A stretch of DNA of 64,000 nt from Chlorokybus atmophyticus (Eukaryota; Plantae; Mesostigma and Chlorokybus algae): NCBI GenBank assembly GCA_009103225.1, contig RHPI01001965.1:623580-687579 (forward strand), read 5' to 3'. The notes below the pieces were generated by a model that did no database searches, had not been told where the DNA came from, and saw only the letters and a program-made list of their open reading frames with translations. The translations under genes were made by a program, and so were the position numbers. Positions 12,508 through 29,111 of the stretch are shown in pieces; the stretch's first letter is position 1; each line of letters starts with the position of its first letter.

Positions 12508-15500
12508 ATGTTCAGTGAAGCCCTGATCAGCCAGTGGTTGAAGGCGCACACGTCAGCGACGACGTCGTTGTCGGCATCGGCGTTGCGAGAGAAAACGGGA
12601 GGAAGAGGGTTTTGCTTTCGGGCGGTAACTGAGGCTGCGAAGGCCCAGCACGCAGCTTTCCAGGCCCTTTAGCCCGCAGCTCAGTTGCTTAGCAAGTGCC
12701 AGGCAAGGCAGCTTGGGATTGTGCTGAATTGTTCCGCAACAGTCTGTTAACAGTGATTTGGTCTGCGTGCTTGTGAGAACTGAAGATTGTCAGGGGTTGA
12801 GTATTCAATCGTTTCCCTGCATTGTTCTTATTACGCATGCATCTGCAACCCTCCCTAGATCAACTTTCTACCATCAACCTGTGCTATGGGGGACGAGGGG
12901 GACTGGTCGCCTGTGCTGCCTGCTGTGGTGAGCAAGACGCAGTCATCTACACTGTCTCTCTGTGTGTATAGGTGTGCATGCGTGTGCACCTGTGCGTGCA
13001 TGCGTGCGTCAACTGGTGTGCTACTCGTGGACAGTTTTACAACTGTTGCGTGATCGCAGGCGAATTTACCAGCAGCAGCGCTGCCCAAAGCTTCAGTAAA
13101 GCAGCTGACTCCCCACCCAAATTTCACCGGCACACTTAGGCGGCTACATCTGAACGAGTGCCCTTACCCACCTTCCCCAAAGGTACGCCACTTCCCACAT
13201 CACCACACACTGTCTCTTTGGTCAACCAACTCAACGAACCAAATGCCCACTTACACAGGTTCAGGAAGCCATACGCAAGGCTGCTGAGACGGTCAACCTC
13301 TATCCCGATCCGCGCTGCGAGGAGCTTGCGTCTGCGCTTGCGGCGAGGCTCCAAGTCGATGCGGCGCAGATTGTTGTGGCCAATGGCAGCGAGCAGATCC
13401 TGCATGTGAGACACACAACCGCACAAGTGTATTCGTGCATATGCGTGTGCGTGTGTATATGCATGCGAGCGGATGTGCATGTGCGTGTTTGTGGGCGTGC
13501 ACATTTGCGTGTGCAAGTGAGTGCGTGTGCATGTGGTTGCGTGTGTTTGGTTGTTGATGCTCGGACATCCATTGCTGTGTGCGTGCGTCTGCTTGAGTGT
13601 TCACATGTGAGTGTGCACGTGTGCATACGAGTACGCTTGCACATGTGTGGTTGTTTACACTCAAAGTTACATAGCTGTTGTTGAGGTGTACAGGGCATAG
13701 CGCAGCTGAACCATGACTCGTCTGGTGGCATTGTCATCCCCGACCCCTCATTCCCACGGTACGCTGCGTCCGCGGCAATCTTTGGAGCAGAGGTGCGCAG
13801 GTAGAGGGCAACAAACACACATGTGGTGTATGCGACCGGCACATAACACGTGTTGGAAAGCTGTTGTTTGATCTCTGTGTCTTGGAAGGTTGTGCGCGTG
13901 CCGGTGACATCGACGGGTTGTTGCGACGCTAGTGCGATGCTTGCGACGGTGACGTCAAAGACTAGAGCACTCTTTGTCGCGAACCCCAACAACCCAACGG
14001 TATGTCCCTCGTCCTTCTGCATGTCTCTGTTGTGCAACATGTGTTCAGCTCACGCGCACTCAGACGATGCTGTGTTGCGCATGCAGGGTGGCATGATGAC
14101 CGAAGCAGAGTTGCAGGAACTTGCCGTTAATGCGCCTGAGAATGTTCTGCTGGTTCTAGATGAGGTCAGATCTTTACATTTAACCACGCACACCCACATA
14201 TGTACATGTGAGCATACGCATGTGCACAGCACACACATATTCTCGGATTCACACTTACACACGTGACTCACCCCATTATGCTGGCTATGCTGTCGCCCGT
14301 ATCGGATTCTGCTGTCAAAGAGAGTATACGCGCGCACGCTTGTTTCCATAGCATCCACCACCTAACCTGATGTTGATGGAGAGCTTGCATGCCTTTGTGT
14401 CACGTCCTTTCCTTACAACAACACACACTGGACAGGCGTACTACGAGTTTGCAAGGGCTGCGGGAGGACCGGATGGACTGAGGCTGTTGCTGAAGCACAG
14501 AAGAAAAGGTATTTGACCTCACGCACACAACATGGTTGTGAGTCTGCGTTCGTTGCTGGTTGGATCCAACTGGTATCAAAAGCAGGTACATGACACGACA
14601 TGACACGACATGCGCACGCATGCGTGTACCCGCGCGCACATACGTGTGTGTGGGGTGAGGGGGGGAGGGGGGGGGTAATGTACCGGTTTGCTAAATGAAT
14701 CTCATTCAGGCCCTTGGATCGTGACACGGACATTCTCAAAGGCGTTTGGTATGGCCGGCCTGCGCGTGGGATACGCCGTCTTCTCGTCTGCGTCTCTCGC
14801 CAGCAACTACCTCAAGCTGTCGCCCATATTCCCCATGTGCTCGCTGAGTGAGGTGAGAACAACATATTGGGCAAAAACATTTGCTTCTTCAGTGTCTGCC
14901 GTTTTGATCAAGCTGCAGTCTAGTCTAGTCTTGTCTGCTCTGGCCTAGTCTAGTGTAGTTTGGTATAGTCTAGTCTGGCTGAGAGATGGCAACAGCTGTC
15001 CTTGCATTGGGCCATGTGTGGTTGTGTGCTTGTTGTGTGTCTTGTTTGCAATGGTGCACGTGTTCATGTATATGGCATTGTGTGGCAGCCAGCTGCGCTT
15101 GCCGCTCTGGCAGACGAAGCGTACTCAGTGCAACTCGTGGGACGGATATCGCAAGAAAGAGAGCGCATGTCATCAGCATTGCGGTAATACTTATTGATGG
15201 CGTTATTGCCCATCCGGCGTTATCAATGACACAGTTTTTGTGTCTGATACAGGCAGCTTGGGCTCGAGCCTTTGCCATCGTTCGCCAACTTCGTCGCTGT
15301 CAAGGTGTCAAAATCAGCCATGACTGTTATACAGGTATCAACAACACCCAAGAACTGCGAAGATCGAAATCAAAAACTACAAAACAGAGGCGATTGCATG
15401 CATGGTGCACGCCGCCGTGAATGGTACTCCGTTTCAAGTATTGCAAGTCATCACCAGGTTGTTGTGTTGCAGGAGTTGGCAGGGCGAGGGGTCTTTATCG

Positions 15501-15610
15501 GTCCCATTAGGTCAAGCGGACCCGCGTATAACAATTACATCAGGATTGGTGTTGGGACTTTGGAAGATACTGATGCAGTCATTGCTGCGCTGAAAGAAGC
15601 GCTTATGTGA
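12508..15610 (+). CDS. Histidinol-phosphate aminotransferase-like (HisC family, PLP class I/II), multi-exon; alternative ATG at 12886
   Basis: [36 protein letters not shown]|G, VLDE|[23 protein letters not shown] (PLP lysine), PSFANF and IRIGVGT, joined by phase-consistent GT-AG introns. Confidence 0.85.
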
Positions 15611-15759
15611 TTGTAATTGATGCACTTCGCAATTCGCCAGGAACAGGTAAGCTGCTCAACTCGCTTTTGTGTGGTGGCCTTTGCCAACTTGCGCTACAGC
15701 TGTGTAGTGTAGTTAGCTAACTACACTATAGGGTGGCTCACAATGCGGCAATGGCGATC

Positions 15760-16450
15760 AACCATCGAAGGCACAATAGTTGCGAATGCGCATTTGTCTT
15801 ATGCTTACGTGCCTATTGCACGTACACACGGATTGACATTCAAGGACCAGGTATGGTCCTTTCACGGACCCCCCGGACCATGCATGGTCCGCGGGGGACG
15901 GACCGTTCCTGGTGCGCAGTCACGCACCAGACGTGGTGCGCGGCCGGACCAGGCATATTGCCGGTCCGACTGACAATGGGTGTACGGACCATGCGTGGTC
16001 TGGACCACAACAATACCGGACCATATATATTGCGGTGAATGAAACCAATGTGATTGATCCGAACCACAATGATTGGGCGGATCGTAGCTGGTGCACGTTC
16101 AGCTTATCGGTCATTTTAGACAAGCAGCATGCAGCATGCATGGTCTGCCGCCTTAACAAGCTCTTACTAGTCCACATTTCCAACAAATTGCGGACCATTT
16201 AGGGTCCTTGATCGAACCAAGCAGCTATTGGTCCACATTGTCGTATAATTGCGGACCATGCATGGTCCTTGACTTCACCAAGCTCGTCCTGATCCAAAGG
16301 TGGGAGAGTACGGAGCATGCATGGTCGGTCCTCCATGATTGCTGAACCATGCATGATTCTAGGTTGGTTCGCAGGACAATGATTGGATGGAGCATCGCTG
16401 ATGCACGCTCGGCTCCTTAACAGTCGCACCATGCATGGTGCGACTGTCAA
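15760..16450. repeat. Subterminal region with repeated GGACCAT/ATGGTCC and ACCATGCATGGT palindromes
   Basis: GGACCATGCATGGTCC at 15875 and 16253; perfect 28-bp palindrome at 16420-16447; several degenerate copies. Confidence 0.8.
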
Positions 16451-17809
16451 GGATAAGCTAAGAATAACTTGAGCTATGTCTTGACAAACAATCGGCTAGT
16501 AAGATGGGTTATGCTCAGCTTCACATCCTTCTACACGGCAGCCATGAAGGATGCAGATGAGTGGGGGTCCATTGACGACCTGAGGTAGAAACATACTTGC
16601 GTTATGTAGCACCCCTTAGCTGGATTTCCGCAGAGGCTGGGCTAGCAGGCTTAGCCTCTTATAATCGTCAATCCAAGCATATCGAATGGTGTGCAGTTAC
16701 TCCATAGAGTCAAGCACCGTGCATAGTGCAACAGTCAACTCACGTGCATAGACTCAGAATACTGTGGTCTGTGCAGTAGGGTTTTACCGCTCAGTGAGGT
16801 GGCGCCGGCGGAGGGAGCAGGCGGGGGCGCTGTTTTGTTGTGGCGGCGGCGGCCTCTTGGCGGTGTACTTGGTGGCAAATGCGCAATATTAATAGCAAGC
16901 AAGAAGCTGTCAAGTTTGCCAGGGACATCGGTAATAAGCTGGGAATCAACTTGCAACCAGCCGATAAGAGGAACACCAGTTGTAGGCACCGCCGTTGCAA
17001 CCAACAGAGTTCCCTTGCCGAAGCAGGCGGCTGATGTGCAGCACGATGTTGACAACCCACAGCCTGCCCATGAAGCTGAGGCCACGCATGACCAGCAAAA
17101 TGGCGAGATCAGTCAGCATCATGAGCAGTAAGTTAACTTGCTGACCTTACTTGCTTTTCAGCAATGTTTACGCGGTCTATTGTGCATGCCACCTGCAATT
17201 GTTGCTATGACAGCCTTCACTAATAATATGTTCTTCACATGCTAGGAGACTGTCAACAGCTGACTGTCAATGTGGCCAGCATCACTACCAGTGGAGTGGC
17301 AGCCACATTTTACCCAAGGCAACATGTGGACAGCCGACGGTCGATGTTGCCAGCACCAGCAGTGCCGCAACAGTTCCACTGCAATTTAATTAACAATCGA
17401 CTGTTAACATGGCTGCGGGCACCGGCAGTGCAGCGACAACTCCACTTCAACATCAGCCTGATCCACAGCCGACTGTCAACATGGCTGGCACCGGCAGTGC
17501 TGCCCCTCTCAGCAACCATAGCAACAATGAGACCTGCAAGAGACTGTTGACGTGCCAACCGACAACTTGCATGCACTGACTAGTGACGAAGAGGCTGTAG
17601 CAGAACCCGAACAGCAAGAAGTCTCTTAAAGGATTTGCTTCCGCCTGAGGTGCCATGGCAAGGTGTGAATTGTTGCTCACGCTTACTCAACATAGCGCGC
17701 GGTTGTTAGAGATGCATTAAGGCTGTCCAGCGACTGTCATGTCCGTTCACTGCTATGCGCAACGTTGAGAACCATACTTCGTTTGTTTACAGCACGTTTC
17801 TTCTGACAG

Positions 17810-21800
<3,991 letters not shown>

Positions 21801-22284
21801 GACTAGCAAGTGCCCACCAAGCCTGCCGCAGTGGGTGGTCAACAAGGGCTGTTGCAACCAAAAGGTGTCACCCATTGCGGTAAAAATGAATGTGAACTGG
21901 CAGCAAGTTGAGTAGAACAGATGGCAACAGCAGCCAACAATTGAGGTGGTGTGCATGTTCTATGACAGACATGTCATGTACTACAAGGCAGGATAGCCTG
22001 AGGCAGGTACGCATCACTGCGTTTTTACCTAACAGTCCGTGTGGATGTCAATGTGACTGTCGTTGCGGCTATCAAATGTGCTCATGTGTGGTTGCTTATG
22101 AGTGGTCATTATAAAAACAAGGCATAAAAACATTGATGGTCATCTTTGGCATTAACACACTTATACATTACACAGATTATGCACATCAAGAAGGTTCAGA
22201 TGTACCCCATAATCCGCTGGTAGTACGCAAAGGCAATCGTTCGAGGTAAACTGCCTATCAAGGGCTAAGGTATGCATGGTTGGT

Positions 22285-24906
22285 TCAGCCCATCCGACAA
22301 GCCTTTCGGTATCTCGCTAATGCGTCCATTCCTTTGGGGGTATGCAACCACCGCAATGCAGCTTGGAAATGGGCCGCGGCTGTCAGCACGGCAGGCTGCA
22401 CTTGACGCGCAGACATCCTCTCGTGAAGCCGCTCCAGGAAGTCCAAGAATGTAGGCATGGTTAGCAACATCGTGTCAAAAATTGAAGTGATGTTGACTTC
22501 ACGGAGCACTATAGCTTCGCGCGGAATGCCAGTGTCGTGTGCATCCCCGTTGCGGTAAAAGTTGAGGGAACCAGCCAGCAAACCCTCCCACTCTTGAAAT
22601 CCCTTTCCACCTGATGCTGCGATGTTGCACATCCCTGAGTTAGATTAAACGCTGTTTGAAGTGACGTTGCCATGCCGAGCCCCCTGTAAACCTGATGGTC
22701 CAGCCGGCAAGCATCCAATACAGACCATCAACCAGTACGTCGTCACGCTCGTAACCTCGCAAGTTTACAAAGTTGTTCGTCACCAGGCGTGCTCATGAAT
22801 GGTGTTGATGAAGTCATGCGCATGGTGACGTTGAAGCTGCTGGTGCATCTGAAGCTGGTGCTGCTGGTTCTGAAGCTGCTTTTTTGGTTATTGCGATGGC
22901 TGCGGAAGCTGTTGTTTGAGATGGTCTACCTTATCTTGGAGGGCTTCCTTCTCCGTTTTCTTGATTGTACTTCCCATCTGAGCAGTCGTACTAGTCCTGC
23001 ACTCAATCCGGTGCCGCTTAAAGGACGTCCAATGATTCTTGATTAAGCCGCTTACCGAGTGCAGCGTACAGCTCCTTCGATAGCATTTGCAGCCTTTCAA
23101 CGTCTCTCGGCGTCTCCCCCACCTGTTGATGCACCTCTTCCAACTGCTTCTCTGCTCGCTCAGCTCGCACTATCACTTTGTTGACAGCCTCAGTGTCGAT
23201 CTGCGCGTGCCCCAATTGTTGCTCCACCTCTCAATTGTGGGCTCGCACCTCTTTCAACTGCTTCTCTGCCCGCTCAGCTGTCTCTGTCATCACGCTGACA
23301 GTCTCAGTGTTTACAGCCACGTCGCAAAATGTTTCCCATGCCGGCCGACCGAATATTGGCAACGGCCGTGCACTTGAGGATATCCATTTAAACTGTCGAC
23401 CTTCAGTCTACCGGCGATCTCGATACAAAGACCTGAGCATAACGGCCGTCACCATTGGTCGGCGGCCGTCTGCATAAAGGGACTGACCCTAATTGTTGGT
23501 ACCTTAAGGTACCTAACAATTTCCTACCGTTAATGATGTGTACTTTTCAAGGAACCTGCTGGTACCGCTCAATCATGATTAGGTGTTACACGTGATTGTC
23601 GTCATCAGCTGTGCAAGAATGCGTGACAAAAAATAAAAATAAAAAAAAATAGAAAAATAGTTACAATATGATATACTGAGCTACTGCTTTTGCTAGTACA
23701 ACTAGACTACCACTACTGCTACCACTACTACTACTGCTACTACTACCTTAGATACCACTGCTAGTACTACCCTTGTACTAAGCTGCGGCTCCTGCGCCGC
23801 CCGCTCCAGCTCCGCCGCCAGCGTTCCTTCTCCGCCGCCGCTGCCGCCGCCTGGCCTGGTCTGGCCTAGCCTGGCCTGGTCTGGCCCAGCCTGGCCTGGC
23901 CTGGCCGCCCTAAGGCAAGGAGGGTGGTTAGATGGCATGCGGTGTTGCGCGTAGTACAACGTTAGCAACCAAGCTCACCTACTGTTAGCCGTTGCCGCTG
24001 CCGCCACCGCCCACAACGCTCTGTTCAACTTGAAGACGTTGAGCGTTTGAATAACTTGGGCAGCCCAAGTTATTCATACGCGTTGTCGAAACGTGGCTCG
24101 CAACGGCATTACCGTATTATTATAATGCTACGAAAGTACCATTGTCGCAATGGCATTATCGTACCATTGACATAGTACGGCGGCTGCATTGCACCAGCGT
24201 CCGGACTTGCCGACCTTTAGGGACCGGCGGTCACTTGCTTATCATACTTGACACACAGTTAGTAGGTCGCCGCCGCGTTAAGTGCACGACTGGCGATCGG
24301 CCATCACTTAATAAACGCGGTAAGGTCACCTGATAGGGACCAACGGTGACTGGCTTGCCAAAGTAGGCAGGCCGTCGCGCATACTTTTCGACGATCAGGG
24401 TACGATCGACGGTCGTCACTATATGTGACCAAAACGTGACTTATCTGCTATACAGATGAGTCGCCATCGCGCAAATGGGACGATTGACAATCGGCCGTTA
24501 CCTTAAAGCGCGGTGTTGCCGTTATCGGCAGGCCGCCGTCAATTGTACTTATCGGTCGACCGCTTGCCGTCGGTATATGTTGCTTGATAGTATTGGCCGT
24601 CCAAAAAAGTCCCTTTACGGACCAATTTGTTACGTCAGGTAGGGTTAGGCAGGGTCAGGCACCCGTCAGTCCCTCAGTCCCTTGTCAGTCACCGTGTAAA
24701 ATTTACGACGCAGTAACAGGGTTAGCCGCTTGCTGCTACAGCTGGAGTAGCTATTCCCTTGTACGTTGCAGCTCTTCACCAACTTTGGCCGCTTGACTTA
24801 AGGTGGACTCTAGCTGCACCCGTTGCAAGAGGCTAGCGTTGCGCTGATGGTACTCGTAAAGCATTGCATCGGTGGAGCGCCAACGGTTCTCTGCCTCTGC
24901 CGCCAT
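22285..24906 (-). pseudogene. Coiled-coil protein pseudogene interrupted by a 1.39-kb insertion
   Basis: MAAEAENRWRSTDAMLYEYHQRNASLLQRVQLE...E*LLQL*QQAANPVT continues in frame as AVNTETVSVMTETAERAEKQLKEV after removal of 1391 bp. An internal duplication of about 110 bp lies at 23130-23310. Confidence 0.5.
23320..24710. mobile_element. Non-autonomous 1.39-kb DNA element with short imperfect TIRs (CGTCGCAAAAT / CGTCGTAAATT)
   Basis: Removal restores the host ORF frame. The left 120 bp aligns without gaps to 51698-51820. Confidence 0.55.
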
Positions 24907-24942
24907 GGTAATAATTATTGCATTTGATGCTTCAACCTGCTG

Positions 24943-26980
24943 CTAAGCTTGATGCAACTGCCGGCGCAGACTGTCAACCTCCTCGGCATTGGACTTTGCT
25001 GCTAACTCCCTTTGCCGCCGCAGCTCCTCAACATTTGATGCCGCTACCAACTCCCTTTGCTGCAGCTCCTCAGCATGGGATTTTGCTGCCAACTCCCTTT
25101 GCAGCTCCTGCAGCTGCTGCCGCATGAGTTTGTCTTTACGGGTGAAATTGTCAGCCAGCAGCCTACGCTGCCGGTGCGACTCCTCCAAATTGTTGAGAGC
25201 ACGTTCAAGTTGCTCCTTGCGCATCTTATTGAAGTTGCGCAAGGAATCTTGCAAGAGCGTGCGACTGGGTTGCGCCCGCTTGTTGGCATCCTGCAGCAGC
25301 AAAACAAGAAGTGAGTCCACACACTAGCAGAGCATTGCCAACATGCATCAAACTCTGTGACAATCGTCGACGCAAACCATTGAGGACTGTCAACAGCAGT
25401 TTGTGCCCATACGGGCGCAAACCATATGCTGCAAGCCTTGTTGACAGCCAGCATAAATTAACAACTATTGTCGAATGTGTATGAACTTTTCCTTTGCTGC
25501 AAATGCCAGGTGTTGCACGGCTTGCAATGCAGCGTCGAGGTCGGCGGCGTGCACGCTAGTGGCCCTCTCGCATCTTTACAAGCACCTCGGGCTCAGCGCC
25601 GGGAGTCAGGTCCCGGGTGACATTTTGCAGAGGTGAAGGCGGCCGGCCCTGTGGCGTACTTGGTGTTGGCGTATTCGTAAGTGGTGTCGAACCTGCAACA
25701 ATCTTTCGCAGACGTTCTTTGCACGAAGAGCCTGATAGCTGCAAGGTTTCGGTAGGGGTGGACTGACCAATTGATGGCGTGGTTGATTAGAGTTTCTTCT
25801 GTGGCTGCTGGCAGGTCTTGGCGCTGCTTTTCCAACGATGGTGGAATAAGAGGAGGGGGACCTTTTGTTCTCCTGGTAGGTAGCTTGGGACTGTCAACAC
25901 GTGGAGGGTCTGGGGCTGTTGTACTGGTATCAGGGGGAGGTGCCGGTGGGCCATGGGGATTGTGAGGGGGACTGTTACGTGGCCTGTCAGAGTGCATGGG
26001 CCTTGGACGCATGTTGGCGCGCTTGAGCCAAGTCCACAAGGGATGCGAATTAATCTCTGTATCTGTATCACTCATAGGGTTCATAGGCTCAAGCCTAGCA
26101 GGCACAGCCTGAGCCACAATGGAAGGCTCTGTCATGGCTTCCAATGCACATGCTACATCACCCTCCTCCTTCTTCTCATCGTACTTGATCTGCTCGTTGA
26201 CGATGGCACGCAGCGCGTCTTGCAGCGCCTCGAAAAGGACCTTTTCCAAGCCGTTGTAAAGAATAGCTGCTATCTTTTTCTCCCAATGCTTTTCCCTTTC
26301 CTCCTGCCGAAGTTCAAGCGATACAGCCAAGTAACAGCTTTCTTTCTGACAGCCAGGCCAAGTGTTTGAGCTTGGTGCGCTTCGAAGGTCTTAGTGTAGA
26401 TGGCGGCCATTCTATCCTATAAACACAGGTAACAAGTTAGGGCTCTGTGTGGAATGTCTAATGGCCTACATGGCAACGTACCCTGAGCAAATGTCTTGTT
26501 TAACCCGTAGCTCTAATTCTCCAATAACTTGTTTGAGGTTGTCCACTTGTCTGTTTGCTGCCTCTTTCATAGGCAGCGTCATGCACAGCTTTACAGAAGT
26601 GAACAGATACTTGGCGCTACACATGAGCTTTCGGGTCTATCAATTGACAGACGTGCAAACTTTATTGGTTGTTGGCATGCAATCCGCGGTGCAATTTACG
26701 AACTGCACCGGGATTTGCACGCCAACAAAAGGGACTGTCAATGTACATGCACTGCCTTTCTACAAGAGTACATAACTTACCATTTTTTTGGTGCGCTTCA
26801 ATTTGACAGCACGGGTGAGCAACCGTCTGGAATGCGCCCAGGCACTCTCGCCCGGCTCCTTTGGCGCCTTGCTCGTTACTAGCCACATATCGTCCTTCAT
26901 GGCCAGCCCCCAGCCATATACGAACTTCTGCGCAACATCTTTCATTCTTCACAGTTGGGTCTGCGACGAGAAGGCCAGTT
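24943..26980 (-). CDS. Uncharacterised element-borne ORF segments (coiled-coil repeats, Pro-rich region); exon structure unresolved
   Basis: ORFs 24943-25320 (RELAAKSHAEE-type repeats), 25593-26330 and 26760-26945; no family recognised. Confidence 0.35.
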
Positions 26981-27060
26981 AGTGTCCTGTATCAAATTGA
27001 CAGTCTGCATTGACAGTCTGGCGTTGACATCTGCCTAACAAGCAAGCTGACAAGCATGCA

Positions 27061-28375
27061 TCAACCACTTACTCTGTTTGTCTGCCCATCAGGTGGCCCA
27101 CGAAAAGGGTCAAAATTCAGTAATGGCTCCTCTCTTGCCTGTATGTCCTTAATCGCATATACAATGACATCCGGCTTGATGGTGCCATCGAAGTCCGACC
27201 AGAGCCTGGCGTTGGGCTCACGTTGTTGCCCGTGTACGGAATTAATGTAAGCTGCCACATTGCCAGTGCGGGGGTGGCCATTAATGACATTCTGATATCT
27301 TTTGGTTGCGTTTGGCGGGAACAGGTTGACGTGATATTGTCTAGTGTGTTGAAAGCCGGTTGTTGGCTGGCAACTGCGGAAGACATCCTCCTGCTCATGG
27401 TATGTAAACCATTTGCCGTCGTATGGCATCAGGTACTCCTCTACAAACATGCACACAAGTCATCAGTCATAAGCACACAGGTGTACACACAAACACATCG
27501 CGCGTATACACGTGCACGCACCTTTTGCTATGTCCTGGCGGGCGAACAGTCCCAGTGTAATACCAGTGTATGTGGAGTCCTTGATCTCCCAATTGTGCAG
27601 ATGATACTTGAATTCCTCTTTGACGGGGATGCTTGTGGATTCTTTCACATCCTTTGAATAGTTCAGCCGCCACAGCTGGTGATTGTCTCCAGCTCCACGA
27701 TGAATGAGCTCAACCACTTCCTTTATCTGTCGGCCCATCAGGTGGCCCACGGAAAGGGTCATAACTTAGCAGTAGCTCCTCTCCTGGTTGTATGTCCTTG
27801 ATCGCATACACAGTGACAGCTGGCTTGCCGGCACCATCGAAGTCCAACCAGAGCCTGGCGTTGGCTCACGTTGTTGCCCGTGTACGGAATTGATGTAAGC
27901 TGCCACATTGCCAGTGCGGGGGTGGCCATCGATGACAACCTGATATTTGTTGGGTGTGTTTGGCGGGAACAGGTTGACGTGATATTGTCTGTGGTGTTGA
28001 AAGCCAGTTGTTGGCTGGCAACTGCGGAAGACATCCTGCTGCTCATGGTATGTAAACCATTTGCCGTCGTATGGCATCAGATACTCCTCTACAAACATGC
28101 ACACAGGTCATCAGTCATAAGCACACTGATGTACACACATACACATCGCGCGTATACACGTGCACGCACCTTTCGCTATGTCCTGGCGGGCGAACAGTCC
28201 CAGTCTAATACCAGTGTATGTGGAGTGCAGTCCTTGATCTCTCAGTTGTGCAGATGATACTTGAATTCCTTTTTGACGGGGATGCTTGTGGATTCTTTCA
28301 CATCTTTTGAATAGTTCAGCCGCCACAGCTGGTGATTGTCTCCAGCTCCACAATGAATGAGCTCAACCACTTCCT
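27061..28375 (-). pseudogene. Tandemly duplicated (about 650 bp) SET-domain gene segment
   Basis: After splicing: GITLGLFARQDIAK|EEYLMPYDGK...GNVAAYINSVHGQQREPNA...VYAIKDIQ(P/A)(G/R)EE(L/P)LL(S/N)(Y/F)D, a SET-fold motif order. The two copies are bounded by TCAACCACTT at 27061, 27710 and 28363. The right copy has a TGA and indels. Confidence 0.7.
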
Positions 28376-28775
28376 TTAAAAATATACTGCCTTGACAGCC
28401 GTCCCGCTTCGTCCCACATTTCTTGCGTCTGTAACCTTGGGTTAGTTTGCATGGTGCAATGATTGGTGTAAAACCTCATCCACTCACCCATCCTGGGATG
28501 GCCATGACTTTTGCCATTTTGTAGTACTTCAGCAGCGCGACCCTTGGATGAGGGTGGGCCGGGTATTGATTTTGTTACTGCAATTCTGCTGCTGGTAAGT
28601 TTCTCGTGCAATGGATTATATCACGCAAACGTAAGTTGATAGCAAGGCTTGTAGACCAAAACAACACCATGCATAACAAATGACATGCACATGATCCTAG
28701 CAGTGACTGTCAATGTGCTGCGCGATGCGCCATACAGCACAGAGCATTGACAGCCCGGGCATGTCGTAAACAATT

Positions 28776-29111
28776 TTAATTGTTGAACGTTCTTACCCTG
28801 ATTAGTTTCTGGAGTTCAAACCCCATAGCCTTGCACGCATCCTGGTCCTCCCTACCGCGTCCGTTGTTCATCATGCGCACGACTCGGCACACCCGCATGT
28901 TGAAGTGCTGTCCGATTTTAGTGGCCTTGGTCTCTCCCCTAGTTGGTTGACCCCTTGCATCACGGTGACCAGCTTGCACATTGCACAAACAGAACGGGCA
29001 GCCCCAGACAAACGGCGCCCCTGTGAACGACCGTCTTCGTTCCATGATGTCCATTTGCTTAGCAATTTTTTCCCTAGCGACTGTCTTGTACAACTCCTTA
29101 CAGCTCCGCAC
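28776..29111 (-). CDS. C2HC-type Zn-finger exon upstream of the SET segment
   Basis: CPFC...HFNMRVC spacing, with a donor-like AGG|GTAAGA near 28797. Confidence 0.35.
   Translation of the reverse strand: MRSCKELYKTVAREKIAKQMDIMERRRSFTGAPFVWGCPFCLCNVQAGHRDARGQPTRGETKATKIGQHFNMRVCRVVRMMNNGRGREDQDACKAMGFELQKLIRVRTFNN

Noticed and set aside
13405-13690. His/Thr- or Cys/Val-rich ORFs (e.g. 13136-13516, 13376-13684, 39756-40166)
   Set aside because: Products of CA/TG-rich intronic low-complexity sequence or minisatellites.
5974-15610. Bacterial contamination or operon (CYTH, RecN, HisC)
   Set aside because: All three genes have multiple phase-consistent spliceosomal introns.
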